From assembly GCA_976551045.1 (NCBI GenBank), contig CDPCPM010000012.1:12400001-12464000 (forward strand): DNA of 64,000 nt. Direction: 5' to 3'. The notes under the pieces are model-generated. The model made no database searches. It saw nothing but the letters and a program-made list of their open reading frames with translations, and was not told the DNA's origin. Below, piece after piece: positions 39,598 to 52,406 of the stretch. This DNA comes from Glaucostegus cemiculus. Its lineage: Eukaryota. Both the position numbers and the translations under genes were made by a program. The first letter of the stretch is position 1. The number at the start of each line of letters is the position of its first letter.

Positions 39598-39800
39598 AGG
39601 CTCAATTGGTACCACTCTTGTCTCTGGGTTAGAAAGGCCTGGGTTTGAGTCCTGTACCAATGATTTAGAATTATTACCTGATTTTCTGGAGCAGCTACAC
39701 TATGGTGGGGGTTGGAGTGCTGTTTTTCCTGAAGGACAATTAATGTTGCCCTCTTGGATGGGTGCAAAAGATTCCATGTGCCTTTTTCAAAGCGCAAACC
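39598..39800 (+). mobile_element. Degenerate DeuSINE-like 5' half
   Basis: gctcaattggtaccactcttgtctctgggttagaaaggcctgggtttgagtcc (tRNA-like head) and ggatgggtgcaaaagattccatg. Confidence 0.5.
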
Positions 39801-40584
39801 CGTTATTCCAACCCAGCCAGCATTATCCCAATCAGTAATAAGGAATGGATAATCTGATGGTGGTGACTGCAATGGTTTGCTGGCTGTAAAACGTGTTACT
39901 CAGACCAACATAAAGGATGATTGGGAAAGAGAATGGAGGAACATTTGATGTGAAGCAGAGCATTCAGGTGGAAATGTGATGTTGAAGCTACTTCACTCTG
40001 CACACATCTATAAATATTACTTGACCCTGACTGCAGTGACCCTGCAGAATAGTTGGCCAAATCAGCCTCGTGTATGCTCAGTGTTCTATCATTGCACATG
40101 CAACTCTCCTGGATGAACAGCTGAGCAATAGTGGGGATCTTTGAATTCCTACAGATACCAATGTTATTTCACCAATTGCCCTAAAACACAGTAGAGCAGA
40201 GCAAGTGGTGCTGCTGTTATATTGTAACAAATGCATTAACCAAAAACTGACACCTCAGAGTCCTATAAGAAGCAGTGCATTAATGACAAAATAGTCTGTT
40301 CAAATCTTGCTGGTTGAGAGGCCAAATTCTTGCAATCAAGTTTGCCCTTGTCTGCAAGCCAGTTCAAAACCATAATGGTGTGAGGATGGACACTGCCCAT
40401 GCACTGTGATATATGTTTAAGTTCAGCAGATATTCCCTTGTGTTTGAGCATTTTTAAAGAGGCTTCTATTAATTGGAATGTGATTGGAACCCTGTTTGTT
40501 TTCATCCTGTAGTCTGAAAATGGTTTGTACTCTTCAATTAGTGCATTGGAACTTGTCCCTTCATGAATGCCACTGTCAAAAGCA

Positions 40585-40720
40585 GAGCAGAAGAAGGGTC
40601 CTAAGCCAATATATTGACCGCCTACTTTTCTCCACGGATGCTGCCTGGCCTGCTGAGTTCCTCCAGCATCATAGTGTTTTTCATCTGGATTCCAGCAGCT
40701 GCAGTCCTTTGTTTCTCTCT
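40585..40720 (+). repeat. Single arm of the Penelope-derived element
   Basis: gaagaagggtcc...ttttctccacggatgctgcctggcctgctgagttcctccagcatcatagtgtttttcat is a near reverse complement of 47409-47500. Confidence 0.75.
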
Positions 40721-43299
40721 TATTCATAGCCATATCAAGAGTATGAAATGATTTTACACCATAATTTTTTTACATCTTGACAATCTGAAAAGTAATTTAA
40801 AACATCATTCAAATTAATTTATTAGAATTTCTATATGTTTGCCTTAGGTTTGTTCTATTTAAACTGCAAATTTACTGGAAAATTGAAAACGGTCCTTAAG
40901 AATTTTGGCACAATTTTGAACGATGCAATTTTAATAGGCCCTCCAAGAAAGATCAAAGGAAATATATGAAAATTCTCATGGTCCCATCTGTAATAAAGGA
41001 CATAACATTACATAAGAAAGCAATGGGGCTTTTGAGAGTAATGTTGCATTGCACATCCTGATCAACCGAGACACCGAAAACCACAATTCAAGTATGACAA
41101 AGATCTCATTAATCTTTTACTGTGGCATTTTGTTCCATTCAAATTTTCGGAAAGCACAGAATAAAATGGAACATTCAGGCTTCTGTGGAGTAGATCAAGC
41201 CCTATTGAAACTCTACTCAACTCATTTAAACACCTGAGGGAAATAAGTAAGCAAAGAAGATAATTTGCCCTCAGATTGTTCCCTAATTCTCCAAAGTGAT
41301 ATATCAATACTGCAGTCTCAATTCTAACACTATAGATACTTTATTCAACCAGTTACTCTCACAGCTACCATTTCTATTGTCTTAGCTGCTCAGGAACTCT
41401 TAAAGAGATTTGAGTGATTAGTCATTTGTGTATAATATTCTGAGAGTTTAGATGGGGTTATTGAGGATAGCCATTCTCTCTGATAGTCATCTCCAAAAAA
41501 CCATTTGTTTTAAACCTTGTGCAATAAAATATTATTGCATAATTAGCCAGCTCTATCATGTACCATCTGATGGCCCATTTATGACTGTCATAAAATGTGG
41601 CTGTTCAACCTGTTCCATGTTTATTGCATTGTTAAGCCCTTAAGTTTAAAAAAAAAGTAATTGTTACAAAATATAAAGAAATTATGAGGTCTATTATTGA
41701 ACTGAAATCCAGGGGTTCAGGTAAGTAGTCCACTATGGCATTTACGTTTTCACTGACAGCCCGTAAAGAAAAGAAAGCTGAGTATAAATTATTCCAACCC
41801 CTGACCAAATTCATCTTAATAATACTGTACTGTGGTACACCATCAGAAACTGCATGATCAGGCCAGTTGGGGTTGGGTAAGGACAATTGAGTTTCACAGA
41901 AATATTCATGTCCCAAGGATGAATTAAGATAAAAAGATGCACAAGCACTTCCTGTAGATTAGAAACATCACAGATGTGAAGCATCTGAAACCTGCTTGTA
42001 CAGCCAGACAGCTCATAATGCAGAAACACAGACCACGATGTACCATTGTTTAGAAGGGCACTTAGAGAGCTTTGCCTATAATTTGCATGATGTAAGCAAG
42101 GTGAAGGCCTAACAACCATTTTCTATGTATTATTTTCCTTATCATCCGTTTCCACAGTGGCATTCATGCACTCTCTGTTCTATGAATCAGAGTGCCTTAT
42201 TACGTGGGAGAGCAGTAACAAATCACCATCTATCTCAGAATGCTACATTACCTCTCCATGGCCTATCTGGGTGATATCACTGGGTAAAAAGTTGTGAATT
42301 AAAATCCTGTCTTCCAGCAAAATCTACCTCCATGCAGTTTTAAGGGAATTTGACATTTTAAATTGTGTCCAGAGTTGTTTAAAAATAAAATTAGAACTAA
42401 CAAGTGCATCACAAGGGAGATGCCTCAAGCACCTCCAAATACTATTGGATGCTTCTACAGAAAAGTAATGTAATGTGTTGTTCAGGTCCTCATGTAAAGT
42501 ATACAGTGTTGAGGAAGATTGCTCTTCTGAACATAAAAGAGGCTGGGGAACCACCTTGAAGCAAAAGGGGAGCCTAGGGCCTTATTGGTATATGTCCTTT
42601 TTCTCTTCTCCATCTCTTTCAATGACAGTAACTCTCACAATTGCAATTGTCTATGTCCCAGATGCCCAGCAACCCTTACAGTGATGGGCAACTCTGGAAC
42701 AGTAGCTTTTCAATAATACACTCCAAAAAATGCCACTCCCTATTGACCTAAACCCTTGTTTCTCTTTGTGTTCACCATCCTAACGTTAGCAGATGTTCAA
42801 AAAGGATTTGCTTCTGATTGCTATGATAATCTGATTCATGATCTTTTACAATATATCCCCAACATGGCCAAAAAGCCACCATGTCCTTTATTTCAGACAT
42901 GGCAGTAATTCCATTCTTCTTGGCTTGCAGTCCAAAAAACTCTGATTTGCTGTGTCCAGCTGGTTCTGTCTCCATGTGACTGATGGGTGTCCGGAGCAAT
43001 TTAAATCTGACCTGCAGCTGTTAATGTAGTATGTGTGCATGTAGGGTGTCTCCAAGAGCTGGGGTGAGTCATGTGGTATAACTGCTGTGTTGTTGTCCCC
43101 AGATACAGGGTGGTTAGTTATCATTTGGTTCCTTGAATAAATGATGTGTCAGTGAAGCCTCACCAAAGCCTGAATGCTTTGTTGCTTCATTGCTTTGAAG
43201 AAACCTACAGATACAGCAACCAATGACAAAGGTAGCGACCCAGCATGAATGGCCAATGGAATTCTCTGAGGTAGAGTGCACAGGAAAAGGATCATATGA

Positions 43300-43800
43300 T
43301 AATGGCAGGTAATGAACACTGGGCATAACCAGGAGCTCTCAAAGTATGAAAAGACTCAACGGTTTCTATATCTAAACAGAGTGGAGACTTTTGGGCCAGT
43401 GATATTGTTACATAGTGATATAGTTGCAGCAGAGGACATGGAACAGAGGAATGTGGTGGTGCATAAAAAGAGGGAAGCAATATTGCTGCTGGTGGTAGAT
43501 TTAGAGACATTCACAACACTTGTGAGATTACTAACACCACGATCTACAACGGAATGTTGTAAAAATATATATTTGACACTAAGAAGATGTTGTAATACCA
43601 ATAGAAATCTATGAAAGATATAAATTTGTCACATGCATCCGGGTACCAGAGAAGACAGCTGGTGAGTTCATTGTCCGATTAAAGAAGATAGCAATGAAGT
43701 GCAACTTACAGACCTTGATGGATTGGACGTTGCAAGGGTGGTAAGTGTATGGACTCACCTGTGGGCAGATTCAAGTGAAATATTTGACTCAGTATGTCTA
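43300..43800 (+). mobile_element. Gypsy LTR-retrotransposon gag remnant
   Basis: YLNRVETF...KKREAILLLVVDLETFTTLVRLLTP and, from 43601, IEIYERYKFVTCIRVPEKTAGEFIVRLKKIAMKCN resemble Gypsy gag motifs (KRAILL..VG.ETY..L..L..P; EIAERYRF...E...EF..RL..LA..C). Confidence 0.65.
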
Positions 43801-43804
43801 ATGT

Positions 43805-46440
43805 TCAGAATCAGAATCAGGTTTATTATCACTGACATATGTCGTGAAATTTGTAGTTTTGTGGTAGCAGTACAGTGCCAGACATAAAGGCTTGAAAATT
43901 ACTAAAAGTTGCAAAAATAAATAAATAATGGAAAAGATGAATAATGCGGTAGTGTTCGTGGGTTCATGGACCATTCAGAAATCTGATGGCGGAGGGCAAA
44001 AAGCTGTTCCTGAGCCATTGAGTGGTGTGGGTCTTCAGGCTCCTGTACCTCCTCCCCCATGGTAGTAACATGAAGAGGGCAGGTCCTGGGTGGTGAGGGT
44101 CCTTAATGATGGATGCTGCGTTTTTGAGGCACCACCTCTTGAAGTTGTCCTTAATGATGGGGACAGTGGTGCCTGTGATGGAGCTGGTTGAGTCGACAAC
44201 CCTCTGCAACCCCTTTCAAACCTGCACATTAGGGCCTCCATCCCAGGCAGTGTTGCAACCAGTCAGAATGCTCTCCACCTTACATCTGTAGAAATTTGTA
44301 AGAGTCCTTGATGACATATCAAATCTCCTCAAACTTCTAATTAAGTAGAGCTGCTGGCGTGCCTTCTTCATGATTGCATCAATGTGTTGGGCTTAAGATA
44401 GATCCTCTGAGATGTTGACGCTCAGGAACTTGAAGCTGCTCACCTTTTCCACCGCTGACCCCTCAATGAGGACTGGTGTGTGTTCTCCCGACTTCCCCCT
44501 TTCTGAAGTCCACAATCAATTCCTTGGTCTTGCTGATGTTGAGTGCAAGGTTGTTATTGCAACAGCACTCAACCAGCTGATCTATCTCACTTCTGTATGC
44601 CTCCTTGTTGCCATCTAAGATTCTGCCAACAACAGTGGTGTCGTCAGTGAATTTATAGATGGCACTTGAGCTGTGCCTGGCCACACAGTTATGAGTGTAG
44701 AGAGAGTAGAGCAGTGGGCCAAGACACCTCCTTGAGATATGCCTGTGTTGATTATCAACAAAGAGGAGATGTTACTACTGATCCGCACTGATAGTGATCT
44801 CCCAATAAGGAAATCAAGGATCCAGTTGTAGAGGGAGGTACAGAGGCCCAGGTTTTGAAGCTTGTTGATTAGTACTGAGGGAATGATGGTGTTAAATGCT
44901 GAGCTGTAATCGATAAACATCAGCCTGGCGTATGTATTGCTGTTGTCTAGGTGCTCCGAGGCAGAGTGGAGAGCCAGTGAGATTGCGTCTGCTGTAGACC
45001 TGTTGTGGCGGTAGGCAAATTGCAGTGGGTTCAGGTCCTTGCTCAGGCAGGAGTTAATTCTGGCCATGACCAACCTCTCAAAGCATTTCATCACAGTAGA
45101 TGTGAGTGCTACCAGGCAATAGTCACTGAGGCAGCTCATCCTGCTCTTCTTGGGCACCGGTATGATTGATGCCCTTTTGAAGCAGGTGGTAACCTCTGAC
45201 TGCAGCAGTGAGAGGTTGAAGATGTCCTTGAACACTCTGGCCAGTTGGTTGGCACAGATTTTCTGTACCGTGCCAGGTACACCATTGGGGCCTGACACCT
45301 TGCAAGGGTTCAGCCTCTTGAAGGATGTTCTAATGTCAGCCTCTGAGTCAGAGATCACAGGGTCACCAGATGCTGTGGGGATTTGCACAGATTTAGTGTT
45401 ATTCTCCCTTCCAATTGTGCTTAAAAGGCATTGAGCTCATCAGGGAGTGAAGCATCACTGCCATTTATGCTGTTAGGTTCCACCTTATGGGAAGTAATGA
45501 CATGCAAGTGTTACCACAGCTGTCGTGCGTCCGATTGTGTCTCTACCTTTACACAGAATTGTCTTTTCACTTTCACAACGACCTTCCGTAGGTTACACCT
45601 GGACTTCTTGTAGGGTTCCAGATTGCCGGTCTTGGCCGCCACAGATCTGGCCCTCAGCAGACGCCTGGTTCATCCAGGGCTCCTGGTTTGGGAAAAGTCG
45701 GTATGTTCTGGATGGCACACACTCACCCACACAGGTCTTGATGAAATCAGCGACGGCTATTGGATATTCATTCAGATCTGAATATGGTCCAGTCCACCGA
45801 TTCAAAGCAGTCCTGCAAACAGTCCTCCGCCTCCCTTGACCATACCTTCGCAGTCCTCACCCCTGGCACTGAGGTCCTCAGTCTCTGCCTATATGTTGGG
45901 AGTAGAAGTACAGCCAGGTGATCAGATTTGCCAAAGTACGGGTGTGGGATGGCACAGCAAGTGTTCTTGGTGGTGTAACAGTGATCGAATGTATTGGCTC
46001 CTTCGGTTCTGCAGGTGACATGTTAGTGGTAGTTGGTCAGAGACTTCTTCAGGCTAGCTTGGTTGAAGTCCCCTGTGATGACCGGGAAGGCTTCAGGGTG
46101 CACTGTCTTGTGACTGTTGATCACAGTGCACAGCTCCTCCAGTGCCAGCTTGACATTGTACACCGCTACCAGGATAACGTCGGACAACTCCCTTGGAGGA
46201 TAAAACAGATGACGTTTGACTGCCAGATGTTCCAGGTCGGGGAAGCAGGACTGTGACAGAAAAACCACGTCTGTGAACCATGATGAGTTAATCATGAAGC
46301 AAACACTGCTACCTCTGCCTTTAGCTGACGCTGCCATCCGGTCCATGCGATGGATGGTGAAGACCTTGGGCTGGAGCGCTGTGTCTCGAGTGCTGGGAGT
46401 GAGCCATGTCTCTGTGAAGCAGAGTACCATCAGTCCCTGA
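43805..46440 (-). mobile_element. Rex1/Babar-clade LINE (APE endonuclease + RT), decayed
   Basis: Minus-strand ORFs: VLCFTETWLTP...ITGDFNQASL (APE); PVPKK...DYCLVALTSTVMKCFERLV...LQFAYRHNRSTADAISLALH...MFIDYSSAFNTI; YKFTDDTTVVG...LNISKTKELIVDFRK; IIKDPHHPG...LRNSFLPSAIRFLN. 3' end has AATAAA followed by a (ATTCTG)n tail at ~43805. Confidence 0.93.
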
Positions 46441-46516
46441 TGTCCCTCCGATGTTCAAGAGAAATATAAGATTGTCAGCGATATGGAGATGACAGTTAAT
46501 TTTATACATTTCCTGC

Positions 46517-46868
46517 AACATAGAAGCAGACTGTTCAGCCCATCAAGCCTACATGTTCTGTCAGAGCATCCCCATCGGTCCCATTCTCCCACTTACTTTC
46601 CCGCAACATCTTCCCTCTCACATTGTCTTTCAACTCCATGCTGATTCTCCTTGCACCCACCACCACCAGGGTTCATTTACAATAGCTAGTTAATGTATCA
46701 GCACATCTTTGTGGCTTTGTGGTGTGGGGGGAAACCAGAGCATCAAGGAGAAACTCACAGGAAAAGGGAGCAAATTCCACATAGATTGCACCAGAGGTCA
46801 GGATTGAACCTGGTTCGCTGGAGTGGTGAGGCAGCAGCACTACCTGCTTCACCATTGTGCTGCACTTA
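46517..46868 (-). mobile_element. HE1/V-SINE-like tRNA SINE with CR1-like 3' tail
   Basis: Minus strand: head gcagcacaatggtgaagcaggtagtgctgctgcctcac...ccaggttcaatcctgacctctggtgc (A/B boxes), V-domain-like ggtttcccccacaccacaaag, tail gatgggctgaacagtctgcttctatgt shared with CR1. Confidence 0.75.
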
Positions 46869-46874
46869 GCAATG

Positions 46875-47280
46875 GGAGCCAGCTTTGATCTGGCTCTGCA
46901 TTGAGCAAGCAAGGTACAAAGAATCCTACAGGTATTGCATTGGTGGCATTTCCTTCTTCATCTACAACACTGGATCTGGTGAGTTCAGATGAAACTTTGG
47001 AAAAGGCTTGGGTCACCTGTCACCGCCACTGGGGGAAGAGGCATCAAAAGGACACCCCTCAGACTGGAGCACCACCAGCATACTGGCGGCCCTGAGGGTT
47101 ATTGGAACACCTGCTGCAGTGGCCCTGGACCTCAGCCTCAGCAACATGGTGATTATAAAGGCTCTGGTCAAGATACTGTAAGTGGTCTTTTACCACAAGT
47201 GATAATCGACACAGGAGCAGATCTCCCATTAACTGTCACAGCACTTAAAAGAAGAAGTTTATTCCAATTCCACTGATCAA
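46875..47280 (+). mobile_element. Continuation of the Gypsy remnant (gag end / aspartic protease)
   Basis: ORF 46989-47276 contains VIIDTGA, the retropepsin active-site motif, on the same strand as and downstream of the gag remnant. Confidence 0.45.
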
Positions 47281-47289
47281 CTGCGGTAT

Positions 47290-47565
47290 CATAAAAACAA
47301 ATTGCTGGAGGTAGTCAGCGGGTCAAGTAACACCTGTGGAGGCAAAGAGATGGCTAACGTTTTGGGTTGGACCCTGCATTAGGACCTGATCCCATTTTAT
47401 TCTTTCCTCATGAAAAAACACTATGATGCTGGAGAAACTGAGCAGGCCAGGCAGCATCCATGGAGAAAAGCAGGCAGTCAACATTTCAGGTCAGGGCCCT
47501 TCTTCAGAACTGAAGATAGGGAAAAGGGAAGCACAATATATAGGAGGGAAAAGCAGAGCAGTGAG
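47290..47565 (-). repeat. Two adjacent arms of Penelope-derived elements; the second carries a hammerhead-like core
   Basis: ttgctggaggtagtcagcgggtcaagtaacacctgtggaggcaaagag and gatgctggagaaactgagcaggccaggcagcatccatggagaaaagcaggcagtcaacatttcaggtcagggcccttcttcagaactg. Confidence 0.75.
47475..47512 (-). ncRNA. Minimal type I hammerhead ribozyme-like motif
   Basis: Minus strand reads CAGTT-CTGAAGA-AGGGCCCTGACCT-GAAA-TGTT-GACTG: stem I CAGTT/GACTG, core CUGANGA, stem II hairpin, GAAA, GUU triplet. Activity untested. Confidence 0.55.
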
Positions 47566-47962
47566 TTCTAGTTTTTAGCCATTCCCCTTATTCTTGCTTG
47601 CTTGTCCAGAGGTTTAATACTAGGTCTATGGATCTTGTTGATTAATCCACATTTTTTTCCTCTTCTATGTAGTGCCATAGGAAGGGTCCCCTTTCTCCCA
47701 CTACTTTGCATATTGTTTTTGCAACACAAAAGATTTTATTGCCAGTGAGTCATCAGATGGACCAGTGGAGCAGATGAACCACTATGGCTGGATTAAGGGG
47801 ATGTTGGTTGGGTTATATCATTACTGCATCTTTACCAGATACAAAAACTTCACTGAAAACCAACAGTGTATTCTGACACCATGACGCTGAACTCCTAATG
47901 ATGTTGGGGTGGATCCACAATGAGCGTGAGTCGTTCGGTAGCTATCAACCCAGGATTCTGTC

Positions 47963-48095
47963 TCAAATAAAAGCAGAAAATGCTGGAAATATTCAGCAGG
48001 TCAGACAGCGTCTGTGAAAAGAGAAACAGAGTTAATGTTTCAGGTCAAACCCCCTTTCTCTGTTTTAATCTTAGATTTCCATCATCTGAAGTTTT
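47963..48095. repeat. Internally deleted palindromic Penelope-derived element
   Basis: aaataaaagcagaaaatgctggaaatattcagcaggtcagacagcgtctgtgaaaagagaaacagagttaatgtttcaggtc followed by a partial right arm (ctgttttaatcttagatttccatcatctg). Confidence 0.7.
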
Positions 48096-50489
48096 TCTTT
48101 GACTTTCATTCAGGCTTCTCACTGTAGAAGCTCTTGAACCTTCTGGCTCAAGGATGGAGGTTCTACTGTTAAGTCAAGACTTGCTTGTGGAGTACATACC
48201 CCATTAATTAGCGACAAACTACAACACACCTTGGCATACACATTCTGAATCATTTAGCAATTCAGAGCACTAACAGTGTAATAAAATCTCTTATCATATC
48301 TAACAGATACAGTATTCAGTAACAACTTAAATGTCCATATATGGACATACAGTGTCTGTGAACCATTAAAATCATGTGAACAACTCCCAGTTTTCAACAG
48401 CTTAATGGCAGCTGACATTTTAAGATTGCACGATTCCAATGAAAATATTGCAGAATTCTGTAACAGATCAGTTAAAAAGTCAGTGGATGAAATGCATCTT
48501 CAAACCAGTTCAGTGGCAGATCTAATATGTAGAATCTGTTAAAAATGTTCATTTTAAAAATGCTTGATTCTCATGTTTACTTCCTTTGCTGAAACTGAAC
48601 TTCTTGTTTTGAAACCCCAATTATTTTTTAATTTCACTTGCACTGATGGCAAGCATAGCAGAACAAAGAAAATATGTTGAGTAGAACTCAAACAAAAGGC
48701 AGTTGTGTTCATTTCTGATATGCTGAAAGGAACCCGAATTATTTGGTATGAAAAATGTTTGAGTGACTCTGAAGTTTTTGCTTATTTTCAAATATATCCT
48801 TGAGCTAGGCAAAAGCCTTGAAGTATTGTCTTGCTAGAATTATGTTGCCTAGGTGTTTATTTTCATGCCTGTGATTCTGAGAATCTACATACAGACTTGC
48901 AGGTTCTTTACTATTTTTGACAACCTGAGTTAGCTGGTGACACTTTAATCCAAACAAAAAAGATAAAGCAGCAAAAAAAAAGTGTAATAATCGTCTGCTG
49001 GTCATGTGTTGTGCTTGGCAGATCCATGTGCTTAGCCTTGTGCTGGTTCTGCACTAGGATGAAGTAATGCACTTACAATGCATTAACACCACACAGTGCT
49101 GTGCCCTGGTCAGTTGAAGAAGGAATATCTTTTGAAAACCAGTCAGTAGCAGTTTTCAGCAACACTTGCAGTGCAAGAATTTAAATCATGATCAAATAAA
49201 TGTTACCTTCTGTTGTCTGGGGCCTGTGTTAGGGGAGTGATGAAGTTCTCTGGTTTACTCCATACATATTCAAATGTGAATCCAATTCATAAATGCTCAG
49301 TGTTAGACTTTAATACTCTTCCATTAGACAGCTGTTCAAAACATTTCAAAAGGGAACTAATGTATTTTCTTGGATTTTATAAATCCATTTTTAAACATTT
49401 ACGATCAAAGAACATGTAATTTATACTTTTAAATTATTTTCTTTCATAATACATTAAGGCTTTGGTTATATAACAGCTAATGGATGTAGAGTGTGAAGTT
49501 CAGGTAGTCAAGTCATGATTGCACTGTTAGTCTGCACCTCAGATCAAAGTCAGTGACAACAGAACTATGTCCACAGTGCTTTATACACACAGGCAGATTT
49601 TCTCCCCTGGTTAGGTAATGTTACTGTTATAAGAACACACTTGGAAGAGACATTTATTTCATTAAAATGTCACCCTGCAGCTTCTGCCTCCAATTGAAAG
49701 TGAGTCCCAGGCTGTTTATCCTTATACATATAACCTTGTATTTGTGATAATGTCCTTGCAAATCCTTTTTTGTCACCATTCACCTTGCCTCCACATCACT
49801 TTCATGCTGTTGTAACCAAAATGCCCTGTGTTTCAAAAATGGTCCAATCAGTACATGTTTACCCTGACTCATGTATAATTCTATCCCTCTAAAAAGTGCA
49901 CAGTTACCAGTGCAACTCAGATCTGTTGATTGAATCATAAAGTGCAGATCCTGGTCTGAAACGCCTTTTCCAACATGATTGGGAGCACAATCAGTAAGCA
50001 CCTTTTCACACAAAGTTTGTGGTAAACATCTGGCACTCTCTCTACTGTAAGACTGCAAATGCTGATTTAAGATCAATTTTCAAAACTGAGATACATTTTT
50101 GTTAGCCGAGGTCTCACAGTGGTAATGAAATCATTGGCCAAATGTTACCAGTCCTGCAGCACGTTTCCAGTTTTAGTTTCATAAGAGTGCAAAAGAGTGC
50201 CTTATACAGCCTACCAACACTCCTACCAGTGTCAGGCTGAGAATTTTATATCACAAGCACAAAATGGAATTAGCAACTGGTAAAAGTGCTGAGCAGAATG
50301 CTGAAGGGGTGGGGGAGGGGTTGGGGGTGATGTGGGGATGGGGGTGTGAGAATAAATGTCATCATTATTCACTCAATTTTACATTTTACAAATAAAGTGG
50401 CCCCTGGCATCAGATCCTAAGGCATCACTGGAAAGTAAAAATGCAAGTGGGAGAAATTGAAATAAAAAATTGAATCAGACTGGGCCCTT

Positions 50490-52405
50490 GTAGAAAATAA
50501 AGATTGCAGGAAAGTGCTCGAGCAGGCAGTTAGGAAGGCTAAAAGGGGCCACGAAATGTTCTTGGCGAGCAAGGTCAAGGAGAATCCCAAGGCATTTTGT
50601 ATTTATTTTAAGAAAAAGAAGATAACTAAGGAGAGGGTAGGTCCACTCAAAGATAAAGGAGGGAATTTGTGCTTGGAGTCAGAGCAAGTGGCTAAGATAC
50701 TAAATGAGTGCTCTGTGTCAGTATTTACTGAGGAGAAGGATTTGGAGGATAGTGAAAGCAGAGTGAGGCATGCAAATGTGCTGGGACATTTTGAGATTAA
50801 GGAAGAGATAGTGCTGGGTCTTCAGAAAAAAATTGAGGTGGATAAGTCCCCATGGGCTGACAGCATATATCCCAGAATATTGAAAGAAGCATGTGAGGAG
50901 ATTGCTGGGGCTTTGACAAAGATCTTTGTGTTCTCACTAACAACAAGCGAGGTCCCAGAAGACTTGAGAGTAGCAATTGTTGTTCCTTTGTTCAAGAAGG
51001 GAAATGGGGATAATCCAGGTAATTATAGGCCAGTGAGCCTCACATCAGTGGTAGGGAAGCTATTGGAGAGGATACTGAGGGATAGGGTTTATTTGCATTT
51101 TGAAAGACATAGCCTGCTTAGGGACAGTCAGCATGGCTTTGTCAGGGCAGGTTATGCCTTATAAACTTGAATGAGTTTTATGAGGAGATGACAAAGGAGC
51201 TTGATGAGGGTAAGGCAGTGGACGTTATCTACATGGACTTTAATAAGGAATTTGATAAGGTCCCTCATGGTAGGTTGATGCAGAAGGTAAAGATGCATGA
51301 GATCCAGGGTGAATTGCAAGTTTGGATTTGGAACTAGCTTGCCCATAGAAGGCAGAGAGTAGGGGTGGCAGGCTGTTATTCTGGCTGGAGGTCCCTGACC
51401 AGTGGTGTTCTGCAAGGATCAGTGCAAGGATCTCTGTTGTTTGTGATATATATCAATAATTTGGATGAAAATATAGATGGGTGGATTAGCAAATTTGTGG
51501 ATAACACCAAGATTGGCGGAGCTGTGGACAATGTAAAGGACTATCAAAGAATACAGCAGAATATAGGTCAGTTATAGATATGGGCAGAAAAGTGGCAGAT
51601 GGAGCTTAATCCAGGCAAGTGTGAGGTGTTGCACTTTGAGAGGTCAAATGAAAGGAGCAGGTATGCATTTAATGGTCAGTCCCTTAATAGTATTGAGGTA
51701 CAGAGGGATCTTGGAGTCCAGGTCCATAGTTCATTGAAAGAGGCTACGCAGTGGATAAGGGGGTAAAGAAGGTGTATGGAATGCTTGCCTTCACTGGTGG
51801 AGCTGTTGAATATAAGAGTAAGGAAGTCATGTTGCATCTATATAAAACTTTAGTCAGACCACACTTGGAGTATTGTGTGCAGTTTAGGTCGACCCATTAT
51901 AGGAAGGATGTAGAGACTGTGGAGAGGGCACAGAAGAGCTTTACCAGGATGCTGCCTGGATCGGAAGGTATGAGTTTTAAGGAAAGGTTGAACAAATTTG
52001 AGTTGTCCTCCCTGGAGCTTTGGAGGTTGAGGGTAGACTTGATAGAGGTCTTTAAAATTATTAGAGGCATAGATAGGGTAGAGAGTAAGAACCTTTTCCC
52101 CAGGGTAGAAATGTCACATACTAGAGGAGATGCTTCTAAGGTTAGAGGGGGGAAGTTCAAAGGTGACATGAGAGGCAGGTTTTCTACTTGTGGTAGGTGC
52201 CTGGAATGAGTTACCAAGGGTAGTAGTGGAAGCAGGCAGATTGGTGGAGTTTAAGAGGCTTTTAGATAGATACATGAATATGAAGGGAATGGAAGGATAC
52301 GGATGATATGCAGGAGGAGAACATTTGGTGTAAATTGGCATCAAGGTCAGCACAACATCATGGGCTGAATGGCCTGTCCAGTTCTGTACTGTTGTGTGTT
52401 TTATG
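50490..52405 (+). mobile_element. CR1 (HER1-like) LINE, 5'-truncated ORF2 (RT) with frameshifts and stops
   Basis: ORFs KENPKAF...VVPLFKKGNGDNPGNYRPVSLTSVVGKLLERILRD...QHGF; SGVLQGSVQGSLLFVIYINNLD...SKFVDNTKIG; YKTLVRPHLEYCVQF...RVDLIEVFKIIRGIDRV. 3' hairpin/tail tgggctgaatggcctgtccagttctgtactgttgtgtgttttatg. Confidence 0.96.
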
Positions 52406-52406
52406 T

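Noticed and set aside
44615-45388. 257-aa RT ORF as an active or domesticated gene
   Set aside because: Part of a Rex1 LINE with frameshifts. The catalytic motif is degenerate (FTDD) and lies in a different frame.
46795-46868. tRNA gene (also the heads at 26305, 35040 and 39598)
   Set aside because: A/B-box-like motifs are SINE heads continuous with SINE bodies; no full cloverleaf.
50514-52209. CR1 ORFs as functional reverse transcriptase
   Set aside because: 5'-truncated, broken into several frames, and the catalytic FADD is mutated to FVDN.
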